Source: Ignavibacteria bacterium (GTDB lineage: Bacteria > Bacteroidota > Ignavibacteria > Kapaibacteriales > UBA2268). Taken from it: 64,000 nucleotides of DNA. Positions within the stretch are counted from its first letter, which is position 1; every line of letters begins with the position of its first letter. A program made the translations under genes and the position numbers. The notes under the pieces were generated by a model. The model did no database searches. It saw only the letters and a program-made list of their open reading frames with translations, and was not told the DNA's origin. Shown here piece after piece: positions 51,001 through 58,299 of this stretch. The stretch lies in assembly GCA_012518115.1 (NCBI GenBank), contig JAAYTD010000005.1, positions 155-64,154 of the forward strand, written 5' to 3'.

Positions 51001-53885
51001 TAGTTAATGGTAATAGTTATAATGGAGTTGTTTCTGGCAAAACAATAACTTATACACTTCCTACATTAACTTATGGATCAACATATACTGTTGATGTAAC
51101 TAATCCACAAGTAATAGATCTTTGGAATAATACTTGTAATGTAACATCTTGGAGCTTTAATGTACCAGCAAGACCAGCAGTAGCTAGTTCAACTCCTACA
51201 GGTACTGGTGTTGCTATTAACACTCAAGTTACTATAACATTTGATATGTCTGTACAGTTAGTAGGCACGGCTGCAACAGCAACTCTAACTCCAAGTGTTG
51301 GTAATTCTATAACATTAACAAATGGTACACTATCAGGTGGTAATAAATTAACATTTATTTTACCAAACGACTTAGCTTACAATACGACATATACATTAAG
51401 TATAGGAGCAGATCAAGTTAGGAGAACTGATTACAATATTACTAATGCTGCAAATAATTCTATTGCAACATTTACAACAGTAGCAGCTCCGGCAACTCCG
51501 CCAGTAGTAATTGGAAAAACTCCAACAGGCACAACAGTTGCGGTTAATCTTCCTACAATTACAGTAACATTTGATAGACCTGTAATAGTGAATACTCCAA
51601 GTCTTACTTTATATAAGGGTGGAACAGCTGTAGCTACAATTACTTCTGCAACTCTTAGCAACGGTAATGCAACTGCTACATTTACTCTTACTTCAGGAAC
51701 TCCTTTAACTTATGGTACAGTATATACTGTAACATTGGCAGCAAATTCATTCACAGCTGCAAGTTTAGGAAATGAAGTAGAGACCTGGAACTTTACAACA
51801 GAATCTAAACCTGTAGTTGACAAGATTAAGAGATTTACCCCAACAGTTGAATTAACAAGTGCAGCTTCAGTAGTATTCGAAGTAACATTTAATAAACCAC
51901 CTCAACCTGTACTTAATACAGGTGCTTTTGGTACTACTTTGAATGGATGTTCAGTAAGCGGCGTGTCAAGTATTGATAATGTTTATAAAGTAACAGTAAG
52001 TATTCCTAATAATGCAGAAGGAACATTAGGTTTAACAGTACCTACTTACACTGTACCATCACCAGGAACCAACAACGAAACTTACAATGTTAATAGAAAG
52101 CCATTAACTTGTGTAATAGCACCACAAGGCATAGTTACTGATCTTACTACTGATATTACTTTAACGTTTGATCGTAGTTTAGCGACAACAGCTCCTACAT
52201 TATCAGTTAATGGTACTAATTATACTGGAACAGGCAGCAGTAATGTAATAACTTATGCGCTTCCTAATTTAGAGTATGGAAAAACATATAATGTTTCTGT
52301 AGTAAGCAATGGCACAGTAGCAGATGACTGGGGTAATACTTATACAGTAACAGATTGGAGCTTTAATGTACCAGCAAGACCAGCAGTAGCTAGTTCAACT
52401 CCTACAGGTACTGGTGTTGCTATTAACACTCAAGTTACTATAACATTTGATAGATCTGTACAGTTAGTAGGCACGGCTGCAACAGCAACTCTAACAGGTG
52501 GTGGTAGTACAATCACATTAACAAATGGTACGCTATCAGGTGGTAATAAATTAACATTTATTTTACCAAACAACTTAGCTTATGGTACGACATATACATT
52601 AGGTATAGGTGCAGATCAAGTTAGGAGAACTGATTACAATATTACTAATGCTGCAAATAATTCTATTGCAACATTTACAACAGAAGCAGCTCCGGCAGCT
52701 CCAATAGTAAGTAGTTCAGTTCCTGGTAATGTAACTAATGTTGATGTTAACACTCAAGTTAGCGTAACATTTAACCAAACTATAGAGTTAGCAACTACAC
52801 CAGCAAAAGTAACTTTAACTAATGTAAGTAGTGGTTCTATAACAACGTTAGAAGCAACTACAGTAACCGGTAACAATCAATTAACATTTACTTTACCAAG
52901 CAACTTAGCTTATGGTACTCAATACAGATTAGGTATAGCTGCAGGTCAAGTTAAGAATAGTGCTAACGTTCAGAATGCTGCAAATGCTAATATTGCAACA
53001 TTTACAACAAAAGCACTACCAACAGTAAGTACAACAAATCCTGTTTCAGACGCAACAGGTGTTACTGTTAATCTTAATCAAATTACAGTAACATTTGATA
53101 AAGCTGTAGCAGCAACGATTAATGTAAATCTTACTTTATCTCAGGGTGGAACAGCTGTAGCTACAATTACTTCTGCAACTGTGAATGGTAGTGTAGCAAC
53201 ATTTGCTATTCCTTCAACAGTTACTTTAGATGGTAATACACAATATACTGCAACATTAGCAGCAAACTCATTCACAGCTTCAGGCTTAGGAAATGCGGCA
53301 CACACTTGGAACTTTACAACAGGAGCAGCAGGTCCATCAACGTTGTTATTAACTCTTAGCTCGACTAGAAATACAGTTACTGTGTCGTGGGCATCACAAA
53401 ACGGTGTAACTTATACAGCAACATTGTATAGTGATGCTAACTATCAGAATCAAGTTGGCAACCCAGGAACTGTAGATGGAAATGGTTCAGATGTTAATTA
53501 CACTTTCACTAATCTAACCAGAAACACGATGTATTATGTAATAGTAACAAGTGCTAATGAAGAAGGTGAAGGTTCTATAGCAACACGTAAGTACAAAGAA
53601 TCTATTGTATCAATTAATGGTATCTTTGAAATCAGTGAAGTAACACCAATGCCAATCAAGACAGATGCTCAGTTCTCTTTAGCAACCAGCAAAGCAGGAC
53701 ACTTAACAGTAACTATCTACGGATTAGCAGGTGAAAAGCTAATGGATGTACTTTCAATAGACCTCAACGCAGGCGATGAAATACTAGTACCAATGTCCTT
53801 TGCAAACTTTGCAAGTGGTACATATACTTTAGTAGTTCGCTTAGACGGCGAGATGATACAACGACGTATTGTTATTAACAAATAA
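42060..53885 (+). CDS. Giant Ig-like (SbsA/Big_5-type) repeat surface protein with T9SS C-terminal sorting domain; remainder of frameshifted gene
   Basis: Repeated VA.N..I.LTF...L.Y.T.Y...DLWGN..W.F.T modules; terminal VTPMPI...TVTIYGLAGE...FASGTYTLVV...RRIVINK; no signal peptide of its own. Confidence 0.85.
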   Translation: MKDNSDPVTAEYNLLVTDVDAQTTTTTYLGEITPAEILANMTYTIDGLTENAEYEIVLQAIEPGTANTRNSNIEEITTTLAQNFAASANPSSNNELGLTITITPTNKTITSTNKAFTIQLEFAQYSDSPLGGPPETFRMNTLEPVTLTWNGAVGNNVAAGSLQLVSQWWVNNTTHVLNYVYRDDAPEVDGSIRFSVSATADGQTSPTEVGFNNDILKGGSEGTNNQIIFEMIPPALEEGGFAMKDLDADNTAIAGEIILTKHVGAQFIFTFNEVIKLDGKRATDMGGLSSEANTALANSFMEIVTSEDPVLAALITNLRDGNPSAKPTISLVDKTDPSAHSVVTVTWTFPRGSSGYAASQIKSYIATLKDYLDNENVLKNIFINLNNTLVTDLFTNVMKAITVENDKPKFQINRAVPRIIDITMTGLQADAAGYANCGEGGTLQGYINENSSNGTQTGFKIDITFDKEMNSTNVGTNANVKLVKLSSGNNGFTDIAQTVYTTPSGNTNPAITWSAANSIDNSKLTWTVTGLEEQDAADYTNLYVMVNVFAGVSDGPAMLPTVTYSDAGDNATIWNAILEAKGAMLSFAQKPFRLDLIDEFKGIAFNNLNGTTYTGVEPITSNVATIHPKHESTESQTLGVALMLSNPSFASLFNDENNKVQLTKVQKYETGYQDVDNTNGEYFATGTPISSVTDTKLCKINSGGDGYDASPKHPGIYIPIDLGATAKNPANYEDKYNLTFTYTNSVTGRAKTCTLETYVDYTQPTITDIGVKDGSSVSNDDQYINRDTLNAATGTTITREYLIIFDKKIDPTTLTTSNLRLHVEDETGVITPIPGYVTIDNNIAWDATGKLATVTISLLKGSLWDINYNKISLEVINHESVKSTTGATLDKDYVVDNGEVGAAEESAIKSAYIIDAVTPLVQAKPYNTDYEYSVEDNGFLKYCAVDVINSHRLPNDKFILTFGFEEDVVVSADDLADMLKIGLEGYEREATGIKYYNAEDVEITDLTATQGVCRKIVFTYDIGSASTAIDLVTGPNAIKVVFDNSLNFVADKAGNKINFNSPTLVRSIYYDIEANNTDNVLAVTNGGTVINATTTPAGDIFYISKECKVRFTVGAYNEHDTYIVKLVKDVEEAPIPNPDLIAGIETNPPLNSTQVSPNGNILTTTLTLAEMFPNNVWTPGDKYYIVVKTLDQAQNKTVATSGNEYTVAKNPALLTAIKPPKYDEHAATPQLADKKIRKIEFTVDTDADMSDVVQAGKEITFTPTTQQSVPQKYTLSNSDQIGYNSVDRKVTLTLATPLELPSYSSLYNVKIQQGAFINVLGSPMAEATWTIKTLPQLDVVSVEYVQADGTSFAHNPAQLRFEPPTGMYNTLGIKITFNQNITFSQADIELSTSYTNLYGSANDNPLPFVYEVGNTHNDPKNVIILKANRDGDITAGMYTANPPNLEVGADLLIRGETQYTPTLSDNGKVIAGGVELTSFPSFTPNQVVNQVVRVDAVRPVITKDFGTPSSTIQLDDNLEVPVNRTFAVYTPENIDDLTVFKVGNNTKGFTITDHNISPTGTMLWIRGALGENQAFEEEITNIDYTNTAACEALKFPALPEGGYFIRLQHTDKFENTNDQTEVTEGVADYYFVVDKAPVITAVENATINMIVGNASSFKAMYGAENTKEFRYRINEQFLNINTDNKGKTTLTFTKENDVRTAIVETHFVQVGTTHNHKASIFVNPGVNVAKLYNAQGEEIGTLAGFLEGLTAGIWNINVKVTDKCGNTSELENAMSINVRSKPYVVKYRINGTDLIEDGSTPAKYVLPNDGKVGFTGNTIDFIFDRNILDYNLSTFTTYPDFEYSVIDDTLRMSQKSTSLLTSNTEYQFQLPVDVVKEDNNIGIDIGNVASNVVLMKTDYAIITGIDRIISAGNTDDPGEYIQAGDEDAYFRITFNGAINPANLSVEMLDAAAAGYVGVTVHTISLIPNKLNEICVYITGIPTVNTTAGNIKTGPIKHIPSNTPYVLQFGATHETYSVNRTPFTCTAHLPATNAQNVAVDADIVLTFDRAFKNIANAPTLNAAYTLTAGGGTTNLTVKSNTANTITYGVANGYLAYAAEYTISQVTNTLTDLWGNTCQPIQTWKFKTKTAPVVKHIVRANQADEYTKDASVDFTVELADAPTVAATVDDFSIIWNNGTAHTATVTDAVEDPNNPKIYTVTVSIPDNAKGELGLKYSGNVASTTNETYNVNRKPLTCTYFPTSDGNTSVSSVVSLTFSDEIVNPTTAPVLTANNNISLTSGTVDQDNNKITYSVANNGYWAYNTQYTISVGANNIVTDLWGNTCTVEGWTFKTEKAPVVEHIVRGNPTDQFTKEALVNFTVTFDKAPVFAITGTTGHFTHVWNPVQTLGSITNVVQDNNNHKVYTVTVSIPDNAVGELGLRYNNAQATITNETYDVNRKVLQLTKTPTGTNVAVNTTNIVLTYTSTLANGTVAPTLKLKEGNTSTSIAAGTVDVNAMTITYTLPALAHGTTYEVEVTAGTAEVTDKWGNTNELENWTFTTVPAPPAVIATNPGTNGTGITVNLTTITITFDKDVTATNNVSLILYKGTTPTATMTSANVNGAVATFTLPTGTVLDYETVYTAKLAAGSFHNSNVVNNAYEWSFTTEDVPVVTSIEKGAPTSKYTNAASVAFKVTFDKVPAFALTTDMFSPVWTVGNASQSGTSIYSVTPTNDPGIYTVTVSIPDNAVGELGLRYGTQADPSTNDKYNVNRTALICNSCLPTGTDVAVNSDITLTFNRALKTTTAPGITVNNTSYAGVISSNTITYDLPILAYETPYNVAIVSNGTVADDWGNTYTITNWNFTTESKPVVNSIKRSNPTDKFTSAASVVFEVTFNKTPLPVLNTGDFGTTLNGCLVSEVSSINSVYTVTVTIPDNAEGTLGLTVPTYTVPSPGGNNNETYDVNRKPLTYASSPTNGATITDLNTDIVLTFNNTLKPTTNVPTLVVNGNSYNGVVSGKTITYTLPTLTYGSTYTVDVTNPQVIDLWNNTCNVTSWSFNVPARPAVASSTPTGTGVAINTQVTITFDMSVQLVGTAATATLTPSVGNSITLTNGTLSGGNKLTFILPNDLAYNTTYTLSIGADQVRRTDYNITNAANNSIATFTTVAAPATPPVVIGKTPTGTTVAVNLPTITVTFDRPVIVNTPSLTLYKGGTAVATITSATLSNGNATATFTLTSGTPLTYGTVYTVTLAANSFTAASLGNEVETWNFTTESKPVVDKIKRFTPTVELTSAASVVFEVTFNKPPQPVLNTGAFGTTLNGCSVSGVSSIDNVYKVTVSIPNNAEGTLGLTVPTYTVPSPGTNNETYNVNRKPLTCVIAPQGIVTDLTTDITLTFDRSLATTAPTLSVNGTNYTGTGSSNVITYALPNLEYGKTYNVSVVSNGTVADDWGNTYTVTDWSFNVPARPAVASSTPTGTGVAINTQVTITFDRSVQLVGTAATATLTGGGSTITLTNGTLSGGNKLTFILPNNLAYGTTYTLGIGADQVRRTDYNITNAANNSIATFTTEAAPAAPIVSSSVPGNVTNVDVNTQVSVTFNQTIELATTPAKVTLTNVSSGSITTLEATTVTGNNQLTFTLPSNLAYGTQYRLGIAAGQVKNSANVQNAANANIATFTTKALPTVSTTNPVSDATGVTVNLNQITVTFDKAVAATINVNLTLSQGGTAVATITSATVNGSVATFAIPSTVTLDGNTQYTATLAANSFTASGLGNAAHTWNFTTGAAGPSTLLLTLSSTRNTVTVSWASQNGVTYTATLYSDANYQNQVGNPGTVDGNGSDVNYTFTNLTRNTMYYVIVTSANEEGEGSIATRKYKESIVSINGIFEISEVTPMPIKTDAQFSLATSKAGHLTVTIYGLAGEKLMDVLSIDLNAGDEILVPMSFANFASGTYTLVVRLDGEMIQRRIVINK

Positions 53886-53902
53886 CAATATAAACTGATG
53901 AG

Positions 53903-54003
53903 GAAATAGTGAGGGCTTCTGCCCTCACCATTTCTACTAAATGAAAACGTAAACATGATAAATACATAATAAGTGAGGGCAATTTTTTGCCCTCACTTTT
54001 TTT
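53903..54003 (+). terminator. Two consecutive terminator hairpins sharing a GTGAGGGC/GCCCTCAC stem
   Basis: Hairpins at 53903-53934 and 53971-54003 (second has a T tail). Confidence 0.7.
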
Positions 54004-54233
54004 AAAATTCCCCTTCGCAGAAGGGGGCGGCAAGCGTAGCTTGACGGGGTAGTCTATTTTATCAGCATCGGGATTTACAGGATTAAAGAATTAGCAGGAT
54101 TTTTTAAATTAACAATGAATTGTAGGGGCAATCCCTTGTGGTTGCCATTATTTAAAAATTTCCCTTGCCTGAAGGCAGGGCGACAAATTCCCCTTCCCAG
54201 AAGGGGTGGCAAGCGAAGCCTGACGGGGTAGTC
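54004..54233 (+). repeat. Composite REP-like mosaic (A, AGGATT module, GTAGGGGCAATCCC module, A)
   Basis: Two complete family A units, e.g. AAATTCCCCTTCCCAGAAGGGGTGGCAAGCGAAGCCTGACGGGGTAGTC. Confidence 0.88.
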
Positions 54234-54306
54234 TATTAAAAATCATAAATTATTTGGAAAATCGTTAAAAAATTGATAAATTGTAAAATAAAATTTTCAT
54301 AATGTT

Positions 54307-54963
54307 ATGGTAAAAATTTTATCTATAGAGACAAGTGGGAAAGTTTGTAGTGTTGCACTTTTATCAGACAATGAATTGTTAGCAAGCTATAACTTATATT
54401 ACGGCAACAAGCACGACAAATTTTGTGCTGAATTTGTTCGTCGTATATTATCGGACAATGACATTGATTTAGCAGATTTATCGGCTATAGCTATTTCTAT
54501 TGGTCCCGGCTCTTTTACGGGTTTGCGTATAGGTTCGGCTGTAGCTAAGGGATTGTCGTTTGACGATGCTCCGCCTTTAATAGCGGTTCCAACGCTTTCG
54601 GCTTTAGCTAATCATTTTTCTAAGTATCTTTCATTAATGCAAGTTATGCAAGATATTATAGTTATAGTTCCTTCGCATTCTGATATTGTTTATTTTCAAA
54701 AATTTACTTATAGAGGCGAGCCGCTATCTGAGCCATCTTTGTCCTCATTAGAAGATTTACGTTCTGAAATTTTAATGCATAATTTAGTGGTAGTTAGCAG
54801 CACAGATTTATCTTCGTTTTTTTCTGATGTTCTTTATTTTGAAGAATGTCTTGATGCTGGGCTTATTGGCAAATATGCTTTTAGTTTGTATAGCGAGAAT
54901 AGATTTACTTTATCATCGGATTTAACGCCTATGTATGTCCAAGATTTCGTGCCGAAGCTATAG
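54307..54963 (+). CDS. tsaB: tRNA threonylcarbamoyladenosine biosynthesis protein TsaB
   Basis: ILSIETS...CSVAL, IAISIGPGSFTGLRIG...AKGL, P.YV C-terminus. Confidence 0.93.
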   Translation: MVKILSIETSGKVCSVALLSDNELLASYNLYYGNKHDKFCAEFVRRILSDNDIDLADLSAIAISIGPGSFTGLRIGSAVAKGLSFDDAPPLIAVPTLSALANHFSKYLSLMQVMQDIIVIVPSHSDIVYFQKFTYRGEPLSEPSLSSLEDLRSEILMHNLVVVSSTDLSSFFSDVLYFEECLDAGLIGKYAFSLYSENRFTLSSDLTPMYVQDFVPKL

Positions 54964-54984
54964 AGAAAGCTATGGATATTTTTT

Positions 54985-55378
54985 TGGCTGTGGATAATGG
55001 ACAATTGATAATGATTTTTTAACCGCGAAGAACGCAAAGATTTACGCAAAGAACGCGGAAGACAGATTTTCCACAAGGTTGGGTAGCAAACTCCCCTTCC
55101 TAATTGTTGGGGCGTATTGCATACGGCCATAATATTGTCAGAATCGGGATTTACAGGATTACAGAATTAGCAGGATTTTTTCAATTAGCAATGAATTGTA
55201 GAGGCAATCCTTTGTGATTACCATTATTTAAAATTCTCTTTCGGGCAGCTTTGTCGGGGCGTGTCGCGACACGCCCTACGTAGCCTGACGGGGTAGTCCC
55301 ACACCTCCCCCGCTTGCGCGCGGGTACTCCTCTCAAGAGGAGAATTTAACGACAAACCCCGTAGGGGTGAGATATTTT
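54985..55378 (+). repeat. Large multi-family repeat cluster
   Basis: AATGGACAATTGATAATGA; AACCGCGAAGAACGCAAAGA-like direct repeat; full composite at 55088-55347; CCCCGTAGGGG palindrome. Confidence 0.8.
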
Positions 55379-55429
55379 TGTTATTCAAAATGATATAATT
55401 TCTTTGATTATTTTATAGTTAAGTTCAAT

Positions 55430-56776
55430 ATGAAAAACATACTTCTGACATTAATTTTTTTCTTTTTATTTATATTTAGTTTGTTTTCTCAAACAAGTAT
55501 ATTAGGTACGGAGCATATAGAAGCGAAGTTATTAGAGGTAGAGACCTTGATTTCGCAACAAGATTATTCTTCTGCTATCTCTATTTTAAAGTCAATAGAA
55601 GCGGAATATCCTGAAAATCTTAGTGTTCTTTTTAATTTAGGTTTATGTTATTTGCAAACAGGTCGTGCTGATATAACTAAGCGATATTTAAATAAATACA
55701 TGGAGTTAGAAAAAAAAGACTATGCTGCTTATAATCTATTAGGTATAGCTTTTGAGAACTTGGGTGAAATAGATAGCTCTTTTGCTTGTTTTAATAAAGC
55801 TATAAAAATTAATGATAAGTTACCTGAAGCATATTTTAATCGTGGCAGACTTTATTTTTCTCAATCGAAGTTTGAATTAGCTTTGAAAGACTTCTTAAAA
55901 GCAAAGAGCGATGATAAAAACTTTAACTTAAATATGATGTTAGCTCAAACTTACTATGCTTTAGGAAAATATGCTGAAGCATTAAAAGAATATAAAGTAA
56001 ACCTGGATTTAAAACCAAACGATTTTTTAGTTCTAAAAAATCTTGGAAATACTGCTTCACAACTTAAAGATTTTAAAGCAGCTATAGAATATTATTCGCA
56101 AGCTTTAGAAATACAAGATGATGATGTTGATATCTTAAACAATCGTATGCTATGCTATAACGAATTAGAAGACAGTGAAAATTCCGAAAAAGATGCCCAA
56201 CGAATAAAAGACATTCAAGCCGAAAAAGGTGTACAAATAAGTATGCTGCAATACAAAATGCTAAGATCGGAAGATGATGTAATATGGATGCGTATCCCAA
56301 AGAACTGGCGTGCTTTCGTTTCCGATAATGCTAAAAGTAAAGATAGCGTGATCATTAAATTCTTTAACCCTGATTTCGAGCATAACGTAAATAAAGAAAA
56401 TTTTACTTATTCTTTCGGTGGCGAGCTTAAGATTATAAAAAATATAAGCTTAGACACATCTCAATCTATAAATATAGCACGTGCGATTATAAGTGAAAAA
56501 TATGAAAGGGAAAGATTAGAAGAAGCTCAACACTACTATTTATATAAGCCTACATTCAAAAAAATTTTCAATCCGACAGAAAAACTAAATCAAGGCTTAG
56601 TAAAAGTACAGTGCCAAGAAACACAAGATTCCGAAAGAAGAATTATTCACGAATATCACGCAGTTACAAATAACGGCTGGCTAATAACTTTATATCTTTG
56701 GCTACCTGAAGAAGATAGCTTTCACTATGAAAAATTATTAGACTTTATTATAGAATCATTGCAAATTAATAGATAA
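55430..56776 (+). CDS. Secreted tetratricopeptide repeat protein
   Basis: Signal peptide; about 6-7 TPRs (LFNLGLCY, AYNLLGIAF, AYFNRG.LY, LKNLG); uncharacterised C-terminal domain. Confidence 0.82.
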   Translation: MKNILLTLIFFFLFIFSLFSQTSILGTEHIEAKLLEVETLISQQDYSSAISILKSIEAEYPENLSVLFNLGLCYLQTGRADITKRYLNKYMELEKKDYAAYNLLGIAFENLGEIDSSFACFNKAIKINDKLPEAYFNRGRLYFSQSKFELALKDFLKAKSDDKNFNLNMMLAQTYYALGKYAEALKEYKVNLDLKPNDFLVLKNLGNTASQLKDFKAAIEYYSQALEIQDDDVDILNNRMLCYNELEDSENSEKDAQRIKDIQAEKGVQISMLQYKMLRSEDDVIWMRIPKNWRAFVSDNAKSKDSVIIKFFNPDFEHNVNKENFTYSFGGELKIIKNISLDTSQSINIARAIISEKYERERLEEAQHYYLYKPTFKKIFNPTEKLNQGLVKVQCQETQDSERRIIHEYHAVTNNGWLITLYLWLPEEDSFHYEKLLDFIIESLQINR

Positions 56777-56780
56777 AAAA

Positions 56781-57041
56781 TTGTCAGAACCGGGATTAAC
56801 AGGATTTTTCAATTAGCAATGAATTGTAGAGACAATCCTTTGTGATTGCCATTATTTAAAATTCCTCTTTGTGGAATTGTCGGGGCGTGTCGCGACACGC
56901 CCTACAAAGTTTGACGGGGTAGTCTATTACCACACCTCCCCGCTGCGCAGGTACTCCTCCACAGGAGGAGAATTTTAAAATTCTTTCTTCGCAAATGTTG
57001 GGGCGTATTGCATACGCCCTACGTAGCCTGACGGGGTAGTC
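56781..57041 (+). repeat. Composite REP-like mosaic
   Basis: Contains a 116-bp near-identical match to 35971-36086, family B, and a further chimeric A unit ending next to the lpxK stop. Confidence 0.88.
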
Positions 57042-57044
57042 TAT

Positions 57045-58040
57045 TTAAGACGAGACACATTCTTTGATCGCTGAAATAAAATCTCCTTTTATTATAACTT
57101 CTAAAGGAAAGACAAAAATATCTATATTGTTATTTATAAACTCTGCCTTATATTTTTTCAATTTTACAGCATCTTTTTCTGTTGTAGCTATGCAAGCAGT
57201 ATTATTTCTTTTTGCCGAATTTATTATTTTTAATATATCGCTTTTCGTATAATTATGGTGATCGGAAAAATTTATTTTTTCTATTATACAATAATTATTA
57301 TTAGTTAGCATCTCAAAGAAGTTTTTCGGATTTGCTAATCCTGCTATAGCTATATATTTTTTGTCTGCAGGTGAAGCATTATTTTTATTAAATAAGCTAT
57401 AGGCAGAAGCTTGCACAAAATTAACTTCAAATATTTTTAAGTTCGGTTTCGTATTTTTCGGTAATTTCCTTATTAAATCTTGAATTTTTGCTCCTTTTGT
57501 CAAACAAATAATATCAGCTCTTGCTAAAGCATCAAAACTTTCCCTTAATCTGCCTTTTGGCAGAAGAAAAGGATTTTCTAAAGACACTCTATCTATTAAA
57601 ACAATATCACACTTACGGCTAAGTTTTCTATGCTGAAAACCGTCATCAAGAAGAATGTAATCTACATTAAATAACTTTTCGGCACTCAAACCTGCCTCAT
57701 ATTTCTTTGAATGTACTAAAACCGGACAGCACGTTTTTTCTGCAATCAACAACATTTCATCACCCGCTTCCGACACGTCTGCTAAAATGTTTTTTCCGTC
57801 GGAAACAACGATTTCTCCCTTACTTTTCCTTTTGTATCCACGACCAATAACAGCAACTTTGTTCCCTAACTCCGAAAGTTTGTTAGATATATATATTACA
57901 AGAGGTGTTTTTCCCGTTCCGCCTACGGATAAATTTCCAACGCTTATAACAGGGGTTTTACATTTAACAGGGAGTATTTCTCCCGTATCAAATTTGCTGT
58001 TTCTTTTGCGAATAAAATATGCGAATAATTTTTCTAACAT
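57045..58040 (-). CDS. lpxK: Tetraacyldisaccharide 4'-kinase
   Basis: PVISVGNLSVGGTGKTP, RGYKR, GDE..LIA, LDDGFQHRKL.R, P.GRLRE, TTEKDAVKL. Confidence 0.95.
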   Translation of the reverse strand: MLEKLFAYFIRKRNSKFDTGEILPVKCKTPVISVGNLSVGGTGKTPLVIYISNKLSELGNKVAVIGRGYKRKSKGEIVVSDGKNILADVSEAGDEMLLIAEKTCCPVLVHSKKYEAGLSAEKLFNVDYILLDDGFQHRKLSRKCDIVLIDRVSLENPFLLPKGRLRESFDALARADIICLTKGAKIQDLIRKLPKNTKPNLKIFEVNFVQASAYSLFNKNNASPADKKYIAIAGLANPKNFFEMLTNNNYCIIEKINFSDHHNYTKSDILKIINSAKRNNTACIATTEKDAVKLKKYKAEFINNNIDIFVFPLEVIIKGDFISAIKECVSS

Positions 58041-58080
58041 ATAAAAATATATAAAAGTTGTTTTGTTTTTTTGCTAATAG

Positions 58081-58243
58081 ACTACCCCGTCAGGCTTCGC
58101 CGTCCACCCCTTCTGAGAAGGGGAATTTGCTGCCTTTCGCAGAGCGGAAAATTCTCCTCTTGAGAGGAGTACCCGCGTAGCGGGGGAGGTGTGGGACTAC
58201 CCCGTCAAACTGCGTTTGACACCCCTTCTGGGAAGGGGAATTT
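58081..58243 (-). repeat. Composite REP-like mosaic (A, B, A in reverse orientation)
   Basis: ACTACCCCGTCAGGC...GGGGAATTT; CTCCTCTTGAGAGGAG...GGGGAGGTGTGG; second A unit. Confidence 0.85.
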
Positions 58244-58299
58244 TTTCGCCCGACCTTTAGGCAAAAGGAATTTGTTACCATTTGCCAAATTCAAATTTA

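Noticed and set aside
1403-53956. Numerous short antisense or alternative-frame ORFs inside long genes
   Set aside because: Fully nested in well-supported CDSs, with no motifs or independent signals.
54834-55130. 98-aa minus-strand ORF (also 58090-58281)
   Set aside because: Overlap tsaB and/or repeat mosaics; translations look like read-through of repeats.
54004-57041. Recurrent palindromic repeats as a CRISPR array
   Set aside because: No constant repeat-spacer periodicity, modules are dispersed and mixed, and there are no cas genes.
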